64,000 nt of DNA from an uncultured Alphaproteobacteria bacterium (GTDB taxonomy: Bacteria > Pseudomonadota > Alphaproteobacteria > Rhizobiales > Xanthobacteraceae), in assembly GCA_963751615.1 (NCBI GenBank), contig CAVVVG010000007.1, forward strand, positions 462,110-526,109. The letters are read 5' to 3'. How positions within the stretch are numbered: position 1 is the first letter of the stretch; every line of letters starts with the position of its first letter. A program made the position numbers and the translations under genes. Positions 1-8,736 of this stretch are shown one piece after another. The notes beneath the pieces were generated by a model that was given only the letters and a program-made list of their open reading frames with translations, did not search any database and was not told the DNA's origin.

Positions 1-643
1 TGATGCGCGTATGCAGTCCCAGGGTCGGGTCTTCCTGCGTACCCACGGCCGGAATATCCGGTATCAGGGCCTCCGGCGGCGCCTTCGCCCGCTCGGCGGC
101 TTCGTGCACGTTTGTCCGGCGCGTGAGCGACGGCAAAAGCACCGCGTCGCCCACGAGCATCGCCGCCATCAAGATAGCGAGCCAATGCGAATAGCTGCGC
201 CAGCGCTCGAGATCGCCTTCGGCCACGTCGAAATCGGCCCGCGCGCTCGCTATCGTCTCTTGGGCCCTTTTCATCCGTTCAATAATGTCCGGCGTCATTT
301 CCTCCGCCGGAGACGGTTTCGCCCGATTGAAATCGGCTTGGGAAGCCTCGAGCGCCGCCCGGGTGCGGGATACATCTTCGCGGCGATCGCGGATATCGGA
401 CGTCACGAAAAGGATGGCGAGGAATACGGGGATGAAAATGAAACCCCATGCGCTCTTGAGATAAAAGCGGTGGAGCCCCATGAAGCCCGAGCATAGCCAG
501 AACAGATAGGCGACGAAGAGCGAGGGCCCCTTCGGTACGCCCCGGCGACGCTGGCGATCGACCAAATAGATCGCAATGAGCGGGAAAACGAGCAGCGTGC
601 CCCAATACAGCCAATGAGGCAGAACGAAATTCAGGCTTGGCAT
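1..643 (-). CDS. TM2 domain-containing membrane protein (C-terminal part runs off the window start)
   Basis: The minus frame is open from ATG at 641-643 to the window edge, so it is absent from the ORF track (no stop in window). Hand translation MPSLNFVLPHWLYWGTLLVFPLIAIYLVDRQRRRGVPKGPSLFVAYLFWLCSGFMGLHRFYLKSAWGFIF contains the TM2-type GxxGxHRFYL motif and hydrophobic spans. Confidence 0.6.
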   Translation of the reverse strand, partial: MPSLNFVLPHWLYWGTLLVFPLIAIYLVDRQRRRGVPKGPSLFVAYLFWLCSGFMGLHRFYLKSAWGFIFIPVFLAILFVTSDIRDRREDVSRTRAALEASQADFNRAKPSPAEEMTPDIIERMKRAQETIASARADFDVAEGDLERWRSYSHWLAILMAAMLVGDAVLLPSLTRRTNVHEAAERAKAPPEALIPDIPAVGTQEDPTLGLHTRI

Positions 644-738
644 CGCATCCTCGGCATTCGCAAGAAGGAGCCGAAGGAGGCGCCAAAGCGGCGTCTCCTT
701 CGTCGTCCGGGTAAAGAGCTAGTCTGCATCGACAGGGC

Positions 739-1854
739 TTAGAGATCGATCGTCAGGCCCTTGTACATGTCGGGGGTGACATAGCCGAAGGTGTGCGATT
801 CCATCACTTCGAGTTGAAGCTTGAACAATCGCGCCGCGTCCTTGTCTTTGTTCGCCCATTTGAACCAGATCGGCACCGCGACGCGTTGGAATTTTTCGAG
901 ATCCTGCAACGGCATGCGAATGATGGTGGTGCCGTCCTTTTCAAATTTCGACCACGCCGCCAAATCGGCTTTTTGGATCGCGGCATGATGGACGTTGGAA
1001 TAGATCTGCACCTCTTCATCGAGCCATGTCTTCATCTTGGGCGAGAGCTTGTTCCACACGTTCATGTTGACGACGAAGTCCATCAAGTCGACCGGCTGGT
1101 AGATCGACTCGAGACCGGGAGGGCCGGTCCAGATGTATTTCGTCACCTGCTGGAAGCCGAGGTCCCAGTTGACCGCCGGACCGACATAGTCGGCCGCCTC
1201 GATGGTGCCCTTCTCCAGTGCGGAGAACACTTCGCCGCCCGGCAACAGGGTTGTCCTGGCGCCGATGGCGGCAAAACCTTCGGCGATCATGCCGCCCGGC
1301 ACGCGCAGCTTGAGGTCCTTGAAGTCCTCGATCGAGCGGATCGGCTTCTTCGAGTGAACGATATTGGGGCCGTGATGAATGCGGTTGACATACATCAGGC
1401 CTTGTTTGGCGAAGATGTCACGAGCCGCCTGCAGGCCGCCGTTGCTGTAGAAAAAGATGTCCCAGTCATGCGGATAGCGGAGACCCAGGAGATAAGAGGA
1501 TAGAAAGGCGGTCGCCGGAAGCTTGCCGGCCCAATACAGCGTGAAGGAATTCATCGCCTCCAGCACGCCGTTCTTGACCCCGTCGATGAGCTCGAAGTCG
1601 CCGACGATTTCCTTGGCGGCGAAGCCCTTGAATTCGAGCTCCCCTCCCGTCTTTTCCTTGATGGTGCTGCACCATTGCTTGAAAGTGACCAGACCAACGC
1701 CCGCCGGCCAGGAGGTTTGCACCTTCCAGGTCGTTGTTTCGGCGGCTTCGGCGTTACGGATGTAGGGCGCGGCAACCGCCGCTCCCGCCACGCCAATGCC
1801 CGCCGTCAAGAGTTGACGGCGCGTGGCACTACGCTCCAGCGTTTTTCCTTTCAT
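739..1854 (-). CDS. TRAP transporter substrate-binding protein (DctP/family 7) with Tat-type signal peptide
   Basis: 371-aa ORF. The N-terminus RRQLLTAGIGVAGAAVAAPYIRNAEA is a twin-arginine signal. The rest has the overall look of a DctP-family solute-binding protein. GGGAGGG RBS upstream of the ATG. Confidence 0.85.
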   Translation of the reverse strand: MKGKTLERSATRRQLLTAGIGVAGAAVAAPYIRNAEAAETTTWKVQTSWPAGVGLVTFKQWCSTIKEKTGGELEFKGFAAKEIVGDFELIDGVKNGVLEAMNSFTLYWAGKLPATAFLSSYLLGLRYPHDWDIFFYSNGGLQAARDIFAKQGLMYVNRIHHGPNIVHSKKPIRSIEDFKDLKLRVPGGMIAEGFAAIGARTTLLPGGEVFSALEKGTIEAADYVGPAVNWDLGFQQVTKYIWTGPPGLESIYQPVDLMDFVVNMNVWNKLSPKMKTWLDEEVQIYSNVHHAAIQKADLAAWSKFEKDGTTIIRMPLQDLEKFQRVAVPIWFKWANKDKDAARLFKLQLEVMESHTFGYVTPDMYKGLTIDL

Positions 1855-2040
1855 TTCATTCCCTCCCTAGGAACCGATTTATTTGTTACGGGGGCTCGGT
1901 TGCGCGCCAGGAATTTTGCATCCCAGCGAAAGCCCAATCGTATACTAATAAAGTAGAAGGTCAGAGGACAAGATGTGGCGACCCCTCTGATGCAAGATTC
2001 TGCAAATTTGAGAACAAGCAGGAACTAAGTCAAAAGTCTT

Positions 2041-2095
2041 TGCGGTTGACATCCATCAGGCCTTGCTTGGCGAAGATATCGCGTGCGTGCACCGC
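2041..2095 (-). pseudogene. Short remnant of a paralogous TRAP substrate-binding protein gene
   Basis: The minus translation AVHARDIFAKQGLMDVNR parallels LQAARDIFAKQGLMYVNR of the intact gene at about 1380-1440. Nucleotide similarity is visible, and no open frame extends beyond the fragment. Confidence 0.5.
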
Positions 2096-2349
2096 AATAT
2101 AAACGGTCGTTCCGATTGTTGCCACGCCGAACGCGACGGTCGGCCACTATCCCCACGGCGAATATCCCGCGTCACAACGGCGCGTGCTGCCGGAAGTTGC
2201 GATCCGGTTCGCAAGCTCGACGATCAAGGTGCGATATTCAGCTGCGAGATTTTGTAATCGAACAGCGAACGCTGCGAGATCGATGCGAGTTCCAATTTCG
2301 TTACCGCGCGTTGCTGCCGACAAAAATCAATCATACCAAGCGCACTAGT

Positions 2350-2394
2350 CTGGGGGACTAGGAGTCGCGGGTTCAAATTCCGCCGCTTCGACCA
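2350..2394. repeat. tRNA-derived fragments: 14-nt exact copy of the tRNA-Gln 3' end, followed by an unrelated T-arm/acceptor/ACCA-like fragment
   Basis: ctgggggactagga at 2350-2363 is identical to 8740-8753 (discriminator, acceptor 3' strand and T-stem of tRNA-Gln, same orientation). 2364-2394, gtcgcgggttcaaattccgccgcttcgacca, has a GGTTCAAAT T-loop and ends in ACCA, but no matching 5' half is present. Confidence 0.5.
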
Positions 2395-2521
2395 CTACTT
2401 AGCTCGATTTGCAGGGCGTCGGTTTGCAGCCAGTTTGCAGAATTTCGGGGGCGACTTACGCGGCTCTGCAATCGTCAGACTTGCCCTAGCAAGCTGTACG
2501 GTACTTGAGTTCGCCATTACG

Positions 2522-2570
2522 TCTCCAAAAATTTTGGAACATTGCCGAAAGCGCTCGGAGATTTTCGGCA
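2522..2570. repeat. Copy A of a ~49-nt hairpin-containing repeat shared with 8571-8618
   Basis: tctccaaaaa...gccgaaagcgctcggagattttcggca compared with tctccaaaaa...cccgaattcgcgcggagattttcggca. Both end in the identical 15-mer cggagattttcggca and can form a gccgaaa/tttcggc stem. Confidence 0.5.
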
Positions 2571-2877
2571 GATTTGTCGTTGGCTGGCTACACAGTCCCG
2601 ATTGAACCGGTCTCCGTATTAAATTCCCTGCTAACAGGGAAATTTACAGGGAATTTTGCAATTTCGACAGTTCTAGCGCGCCAGAGACTCTAATTACGCA
2701 CCTGATCACCGAGCATTAGAGACAAATTTCCTACGCAATGGAACGGGGAATTATTTTCACGGAATAAGAAATTCTCGACAAGGAACAGAGAATTTCACCT
2801 CGTAATAATCGAAATCATCACCGGATGAGTTGTCATCTAACAGGCCCCCGATCGATAAGCCGCGCTGTCCTACTGCC

Positions 2878-4353
2878 CTACAAGACAGTCCTCTTCGAAT
2901 AGGGAAACCAGTCAGGTTTACGTTCCTGAACGTAGTCGACATGGACATGCTTGGGCTCGCGGAACGCGTCGAGCCCTTCCGCGCCGAGTTCACGTCCAAT
3001 GCCGCTATGGCGCATGCCACCGAAAGGTGCGGCATTGTTGTCGGACAAAGGATCATTGATCCAGAAGCTCCCCGCCTTGATATTTTCCATCGCTTTCATC
3101 GCAAGCTCGAGACTCTTTGTGAAGACCGTGGCGCCGAGGCCGTATTGGGAGTTGTTTGCCTTCTCGATCGCCTCGTTCGCGTCCTTCACATATAAAATTG
3201 ACACCACGGGGCCGAACAGCTCTTCGGTGGTGGCGACGCCGCCGTGCTTCACGTCCGCGACCACGGTCGGCTGGAAGAAATGGCCCTTGAGGCCATTCGG
3301 CTGAAAACGCTTTCCTCCTAAGAGAAGCTTCGCGCCCTCGGCCACGACTAACGATACTTGTTGCTCGAGCTTGTCGACGGCATCGGCCGAGATCAAGGGG
3401 CCCATGTCTGTTTTTGAGTCCATGGGATTGCCGACATTTAACGTCTTGACGTGCTCAACCACACGCTTGGTGAATTCCTGCGCGAGCGGCTCGACGACAT
3501 AGATGCGCTTCGATGACGTGCAGACTTGCCCAGCGTTCAAGAGCCGTGCCCAAACCGCGCCCTGTACCGCGACGTCAAGATCAGCATCCTCAAATACAAG
3601 CAGCGGATCGATGCCACCGAGTTCGAGATTGATCTTCTTTAACTGCGCGCCGGCCGTCGAAGCAATCTGTTTGCCGACCGCCGTCGAGCCGGTGAAGGCA
3701 ATCATGTCGACGTCAGGATGGTTCAAAAGGATTTTTCCGGTGTCGCCGGCGCCGGTCACGATATTTACGACGCCCGGCGGGAGTACGTCGTAGACCTCGC
3801 CGAGCAAAAGGCCCGAAAGAGGGTTCTGGTGCGGCGGCTTGCAAACAACTGTGTTGCCGGCTGCGATCGCCGGCGCAACCTTCCATGCCATCAACAGCAG
3901 AGGAAAATTGAATGGCGCGATGCACGCCACCACGCCGTAGGGCTCCTTGCGGATGAAGTTCACCTGATGATCCGCACCTGGCGGCACGGTAAGACCGAGA
4001 GATGAGCGGCCGACCTCTGCGAAATAATCGAAACACTCGGCGACCCACTGCACACAATCGATAGATTCGATGAGCGGCTTACCGGTCTCCTGAGTCATGA
4101 TGGTCGCGATTACTTTCTTCCTTGCGCGAATGCGATTGGCTATTTCGTGCAGAAGGTCCGCTTTGGTCACGCCCGATGTCTTCCACCAGGCGTGTTGGGC
4201 GGCGCGCGCCGCCTTGACGGCGGCATTAACGTCGGCTTCGCCGCAGGCGGAAACGCTGTCCAGCGGTTCGAGCGTGGCGGGGTTGTGGACTTCGATCGTC
4301 GAATTCGATTTGGCAGCTATGAACTTACCATTGATGAGGATTGGCCGGACCAT
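2878..4353 (-). CDS. NAD(P)+-dependent aldehyde dehydrogenase
   Basis: 491 aa with ALDH motifs FTGSTAVGK, ELGG and catalytic Cys in GQVCTSSKR. AAGGAG RBS. Confidence 0.9.
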   Translation of the reverse strand: MVRPILINGKFIAAKSNSTIEVHNPATLEPLDSVSACGEADVNAAVKAARAAQHAWWKTSGVTKADLLHEIANRIRARKKVIATIMTQETGKPLIESIDCVQWVAECFDYFAEVGRSSLGLTVPPGADHQVNFIRKEPYGVVACIAPFNFPLLLMAWKVAPAIAAGNTVVCKPPHQNPLSGLLLGEVYDVLPPGVVNIVTGAGDTGKILLNHPDVDMIAFTGSTAVGKQIASTAGAQLKKINLELGGIDPLLVFEDADLDVAVQGAVWARLLNAGQVCTSSKRIYVVEPLAQEFTKRVVEHVKTLNVGNPMDSKTDMGPLISADAVDKLEQQVSLVVAEGAKLLLGGKRFQPNGLKGHFFQPTVVADVKHGGVATTEELFGPVVSILYVKDANEAIEKANNSQYGLGATVFTKSLELAMKAMENIKAGSFWINDPLSDNNAAPFGGMRHSGIGRELGAEGLDAFREPKHVHVDYVQERKPDWFPYSKRTVL

Positions 4354-4420
4354 ACTCAGCTTCGATGCTCCTTGAGGTTTATGTCGACACTTCTAACTCG
4401 CGCTCGATCAAATGCTTCGG

Positions 4421-5804
4421 TCAGTGCCGCGTCAACCACTCTGCCAGCGTCTTACCGCTGGGTGGTATGCCCGTCCGCTCCGCCTTTTGATCGATCTGCC
4501 AATAAGCGTGCTGAATAAAATGGACGCCGATATAGCGGAGGGGCTCCGGCTCCCAATTGGGCGAACGGTGATTGACGCAAGGCAGCGTCGCAATTTCGGA
4601 CTTCGCGCCGGTAATGAGATCCGCAAGCACACGGCCGGAGAGATTTGTGGTCGCGACGCCGTTCCCCAGATAGCCACGAGCGCTCGCTACCCCGAGCGCC
4701 GGATCGAAGGTCATCGTCGGCATAAAATCGCGGGAAGCGCCGAGCGGACCGCCCCAGGCATGGCTGAAGCGCACATCCTTCAAACGCGGAAACCACTTGC
4801 GGACGCTCTCCTGAAACATTCGGATCGTCGGTTTATGACGGTCGTATTCGTCGTCGATCCTCGAGCCGAAATGATAAGGCGCGCCGCGCCCACCGAAGAG
4901 AATTCTTCCGTCGGCGGTCTTCGACATGTACTCGATGGTTAGGCGGAAGGAGTCGATGCACTCGCGATTTTTCCAGCCGATCTCGTCCCAGTCGGCCGAT
5001 GAGAGCGGTTCCGTCAGCGTCATCAGCGAATAAATCGGGATCAATTGTCGATGCAGCTTGGCAAGTTGCGACAAATACGCTTCGCCGCACAGTACGATCG
5101 TCTTCGCCCGCAGATCGCCGCGCGACGTTTTCAGCGACGGATGTGCGCCGGTCGTAAAGTCCGTGACCGGGGTTTGCTCATAAATCGTCACACCTCGCCG
5201 CTCGACCATGCGTGCGAGGCCGCGGACGAGTTCGGCCTGGATGGATGTTCGCCGCGTCCTTGTAATAGATCGCTCCGAGCACTTCCGCGATTTTCGCCCT
5301 TTTGTCGCTCTCCGCCTTGTCGAGCAGTTGAACATGGTCGCCAAGCCCGAGTTGTTCGAATTCTGCATGTGCTTCGTAGACAGAAGGCAGTTGGTGTGGT
5401 CCGCGCGCGACCGTCATGGCACCGCCCTTCACGAAATGAATATCGATTCCTTCCGTCGCCGCGACCCGCGCAACTTCGTCCACCGAGCTGGCCATTGCTC
5501 GGTAAAGCGAGCGCGCCTGTTCCCGACCGTAGCGCTCCGCGATCGAGCCGAGGCTGACGGGAAAGTGCGCCGTACACCACGAGCCGTTTCGTCCCGAGGC
5601 GCCGAAGCCCGCAATTTCGTTTTCGACGATCGCAATCTTCAGCGACGGTTGCCGCTCCAGAAGATAGTACGCAGTCCACAGCCCCGAATAGCCCGCTCCG
5701 AGAATTGCCACATCGACGCCGACGGAGCCGTCTAATGGAGAACGCGGCGTGAGGTCGTCACCACAGGTCTCGAGCCAATAGCTATAGGAGGCGTAATTTT
5801 TCAT
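4421..5804 (-). pseudogene. FAD-dependent oxidoreductase (DAO family, PuuB/OrdL-like), split by a 1-nt frameshift near 5231-5243
   Basis: The N-terminal part (ORF 5178..5855, from MKNYASY; dinucleotide fold VAILGAGYSGL) and the C-terminal part (ORF 4421..5368) are consecutive halves of one DAO-type protein. The join reads ...ANIHPG / ELVRGLARMVERRGV. Removing one base in ccaggcc (minus strand) restores IHPAELVRGL. Confidence 0.8.
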
Positions 5805-5851
5805 TGCTCGATCGTGGACTCGATCGCATTCAATGCCTACTGCCTCTTGTC

Positions 5852-6970
5852 TCAATCATGATCCATCCGGTCCGCCATTACCGGACGGCCCTTTAATCCA
5901 CCGCGTTCGGCCATTGGGACCGGCGCCATATCGGATTTGAGCAGCTTGTCCGCGAGATCAAGACAACGCGTCGCGAGCGCAGCCGCGCCCTGTGCGAGCG
6001 CTTTCGATTCCCGCACGATCCGCACATTGTTTTCCATATCTTCGTGCGACCAGCCGCGCGAATGCGCAACATAAGGAAATTGCGGAAAGAAGAATCCGAG
6101 TTCGGCGAAGAAGCTGAGCATCGAGCCGGCGACACCTTGAATGTTGTCCTGGCCGCCGACGATGATGAAGCCCGCCACCTTGTTCCGGATTAATTGCTGT
6201 TCCTTCGAGGCGACATCGACCTGCACACAATTTAGCCGCTCGACCATCTTGAAATAAAGCGCGGAGGCGGCACCCCAGCGGATCGGCGTTGCGACGATGA
6301 CGGCATCAGCCCAATGCACGAGCGCTTCATACACCTGATCCATCTCGTCCTTCGGATCCATCTGGGTGATGGAGCAGGGCCAAGTGCAGGCGCGAATGCT
6401 CTTTGAGAAATAGCCCTCGCAAGTTCGGAACTTCAGGTTGTTTAGCGTGATTAACCGCGTCTCGGCGCCTATTTTTTTTGCGGCTTTAAGCGCGTGACCG
6501 AGGAGATGATCGGAGCCGGAAAAGCGCGGGTTGTCCGCGTCCATGGCCGTCGTCGATATTCCCGCAAGGCGCAGCGGACCGGGTGCGCGCTTCGGTGTGC
6601 GCGCGAGCGGATGCGGTTCATGTGGCAACTTATTTCGCTTGGTCGGATTTGCGATGTCGATGAGCACGCGTCCATTGTCGACCTTTATAGGGAACGAGGG
6701 CACGCAATCCTCCTCGAAACCCGGTTCGCCTTTGCCGGTGACGCGGTGGAATTTCCATCCGTGCCACGGGCATTTAATATAGCCGGCGTCATCGATGCGC
6801 CCGTCGCCAAGTGGTCCGCCAACATGGTTGCATGCATGCGAAATAGCGCCGAACACCCCGTCCTTGAACGAAATCGCGAGCGCGGTGTTTTTCGCCTTGA
6901 TCGGCCGGCAAGAATGTTTGGAAAGTTCTTCGGCAGCGCCGACATCTGTCCAGTCAGGTTCGCGAGCCAT
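5852..6970 (-). CDS. Fusion protein: N-terminal Rieske [2Fe-2S] domain plus C-terminal flavodoxin-like/NADPH-dependent FMN reductase (Isf/WrbA-like) domain
   Basis: CNH-x17-CPWH Rieske motif in residues ~45-70. The C-terminal half has a flavodoxin-fold pattern (LRLAGISTT..., WADAVIVATPIRWG, cysteines in CEGYFSKSIRACTWPC). ATG at 6970 has a GGGGAG RBS; the track start at 6979 is a TTG. Confidence 0.8.
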   Translation of the reverse strand: MAREPDWTDVGAAEELSKHSCRPIKAKNTALAISFKDGVFGAISHACNHVGGPLGDGRIDDAGYIKCPWHGWKFHRVTGKGEPGFEEDCVPSFPIKVDNGRVLIDIANPTKRNKLPHEPHPLARTPKRAPGPLRLAGISTTAMDADNPRFSGSDHLLGHALKAAKKIGAETRLITLNNLKFRTCEGYFSKSIRACTWPCSITQMDPKDEMDQVYEALVHWADAVIVATPIRWGAASALYFKMVERLNCVQVDVASKEQQLIRNKVAGFIIVGGQDNIQGVAGSMLSFFAELGFFFPQFPYVAHSRGWSHEDMENNVRIVRESKALAQGAAALATRCLDLADKLLKSDMAPVPMAERGGLKGRPVMADRMDHD

Positions 6971-7126
6971 GATGTGCAACTCCCCTGATGGAGGACTAAA
7001 GCCCCCTTCGCGTAGGAATTCTGCCTCACTCGCTATCCGCTTACAATCGCAGCGGCCTGCTGACGCTTGCGCTCATCGCGATCATCACCGATCCTCAACG
7101 ATCGTATTGCAGAAAGGAAGCTTACT

Positions 7127-7981
7127 GTGAGCAACCAGGATTGGCGTCCACTCCGAAAAGTTGATCTTAGCCGGCTGAGCGAGGCGCGGCTTCAAGCCCA
7201 TTACGCTGCCCAATGGCTTGGGCGGGCGGCCTACGCTTATGTCCCGCCACAGTCGGACTACAGCCATACTAATCTCGGCTGGGACGACGTGCTCGACGGA
7301 TTTACAACGCGCGCACTGAAAAACGATGTATGGCTCAGCTTAAAGATTGCCGACCTTACGCTCGTGTTTCTCGGCAAAGGGGGCGAAAGGGCGCAGTCCT
7401 TTTCGCTGAACAAGCGCTCAGATAAAGACGCCCGCGCATGGCTTGGTGAACAATTTGGCGCGAGAGGCATGGATGCGGGCGCTCTCGACAGGCCCTTGCC
7501 CTACAAGATTCCAGAGCACGCAATCGCCAAAGGCGCCAATTATGATACCGCCGACGCGAGCGTTGCCTTGGGTGTGCTTACAGCCTGGTTTGCCAACGCC
7601 AATCATTCACTCGGCTACATTCGCAAGCAAATGATCGGGCGGAAACTCGTGGCTTCACTTGTGCGTTGCTGGCCGCACCATTTCGATCTCGCCACCTTGA
7701 TTTCGCTAGACGAAAGCGACCCAGAAAAGGCGCGCTCGGTGAATACCGGTTTGTCGCCGGGGGACGAGTATTACGGCGAACCCTATTTCTATGTAAGCCC
7801 CTATCCGTATCCCGCCCCTGCAACACTGCCGCCCCTGCCGGAGCTTGGTCATTGGCATACGCGCGATTTCACCGCAGCGATCGCGCCTGCGAGCCGCATT
7901 GTCGAAGCCAAGGATCAGAAGTCCGAGACGAATGCCTTCTTGCAAGACGCGGTCGAGGGAGCGATTCAAGCGCTGCATTGA
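7127..7981 (+). CDS. Conserved hypothetical protein (no confident family)
   Basis: Long ORF divergent from the Rieske-fusion operon. GTG at 7127 is preceded by an AGGAAG RBS. The segment WPHHFDLATLISL...GEPYFYVSPYPYP is only vaguely reminiscent of DUF5996-type proteins. Confidence 0.55.
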   Translation: MSNQDWRPLRKVDLSRLSEARLQAHYAAQWLGRAAYAYVPPQSDYSHTNLGWDDVLDGFTTRALKNDVWLSLKIADLTLVFLGKGGERAQSFSLNKRSDKDARAWLGEQFGARGMDAGALDRPLPYKIPEHAIAKGANYDTADASVALGVLTAWFANANHSLGYIRKQMIGRKLVASLVRCWPHHFDLATLISLDESDPEKARSVNTGLSPGDEYYGEPYFYVSPYPYPAPATLPPLPELGHWHTRDFTAAIAPASRIVEAKDQKSETNAFLQDAVEGAIQALH

Positions 7982-8123
7982 AGCTTGCACGAAGATCTAT
8001 TGCAGCTATAGGTGTTTAACTGTCGTCAAAGTTTCAAATTGCTGATTCTGCGAACGGTTTTTGAATTGGTCTCCAATCCTGGTCCCATTGAATAGACACG
8101 GGATCATCAAAATTTGGTGTGAC

Positions 8124-8375
8124 ATGCCACGGCTTCCAAAGCGATATGCGCCGTTTGTGTACGGAATCATTCAGGCGGCAATTACAACGGCCGTAGCAAC
8201 GGCCATCGCTACCTTTCAAATGTTGGATATTGGTCTGCAATTTTTGGCGCAATGGGCCTTCGCTTGGTGGTTAGCATGGTTGACGATGTTACCGTTTGTG
8301 ATCGTTCTTGCCCCCTTGCTTCAGCGTGCCGTTGATGCGCTGACCACACCTAACATGGTGCGGGATGGTAACTAG
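8124..8375 (+). CDS. DUF2798 domain-containing membrane protein
   Basis: MPRLPKRYAPFVYGIIQAAITTAVATAIATF...WWLAWLTMLPFVIVLAPLLQRAV fits the two-helix DUF2798 pattern. Confidence 0.6.
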   Translation: MPRLPKRYAPFVYGIIQAAITTAVATAIATFQMLDIGLQFLAQWAFAWWLAWLTMLPFVIVLAPLLQRAVDALTTPNMVRDGN

Positions 8376-8570
8376 GCTAGTTGCGCAGCATGCGATGCAT
8401 TAGACATCATCAGTGCCAAAGCAGTCCGGTGCTTTTGAGGATAGCCGATAAATTGAAGGATTTTACTTCCGTTTTTAAGATAGACTCTTGAAAAAACCGA
8501 CACGCGAATTGAAGGCAACAGCATTCAGATTGCCGCGCTCAGTCGGATCGAACCGAGTCTCTGCATCAGT

Positions 8571-8618
8571 TCTCCAAAAAATGGGTAAATTCCCGAATTC
8601 GCGCGGAGATTTTCGGCA
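8571..8618. repeat. Copy B of the hairpin-containing repeat (see 2522-2570)
   Basis: Shares tctccaaaaa and the 15-mer cggagattttcggca with copy A, in the same orientation. Confidence 0.5.
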
Positions 8619-8675
8619 CAACAGACCGAAGACTTGCAAATTCGGGACACAGAGACGCATCTCCTGAAGCAAGAG

Positions 8676-8697
8676 GCCCGCGAACGGCGGGCTTTCT
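8676..8697. terminator. GC hairpin (gcccgc-gaacg-gcgggc) with short T tract; possible terminator downstream of tRNA-Gln, or bidirectional
   Basis: 6-bp GC stem at 8676-8692 followed by tttct on the plus strand. It lies about 45 nt past the tRNA-Gln 3' end on the minus strand. Confidence 0.35.
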
Positions 8698-8736
8698 CAC
8701 AAGATCGAAGTAAAAATCTCCAGAGACGGGACTGGT

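Noticed and set aside
793-1503. Long antisense ORFs opposite well-supported genes (for example 793..1503, 11522..12340, 33050..33517, 40021..40623, 45444..45968, 59641..60219).
   Set aside because: These are typical shadow ORFs in GC-rich coding DNA. Their products are Arg/Ala/Pro-rich and low in complexity, they lack RBSs, and the opposite strand encodes clearly recognisable conserved proteins.
2280-2700. Possible two-piece (permuted) alphaproteobacterial tmRNA gene, suggested by the T-arm plus ACCA-ending fragment at 2364-2394, which resembles a tmRNA 3' end.
   Set aside because: The terminal base pair would be C1-G72 rather than the G1-C72/G3-U70 alanine identity set. No properly complementary 5' acceptor strand lies within ~400 nt downstream (cgggggcg at about 2447 is off by one base). 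No tag-like ORF ending in ...AA-stop could be found. It is more likely an att-type tRNA/tmRNA fragment.
8530-8556. T-arm-like sequence (cggatcgaaccga on plus, tcggttcgatccga on minus), possibly a third tRNA fragment.
   Set aside because: The stem and loop geometry is off (6-nt loop or mismatched stem), and no acceptor or CCA context is present. It is too degenerate to call.
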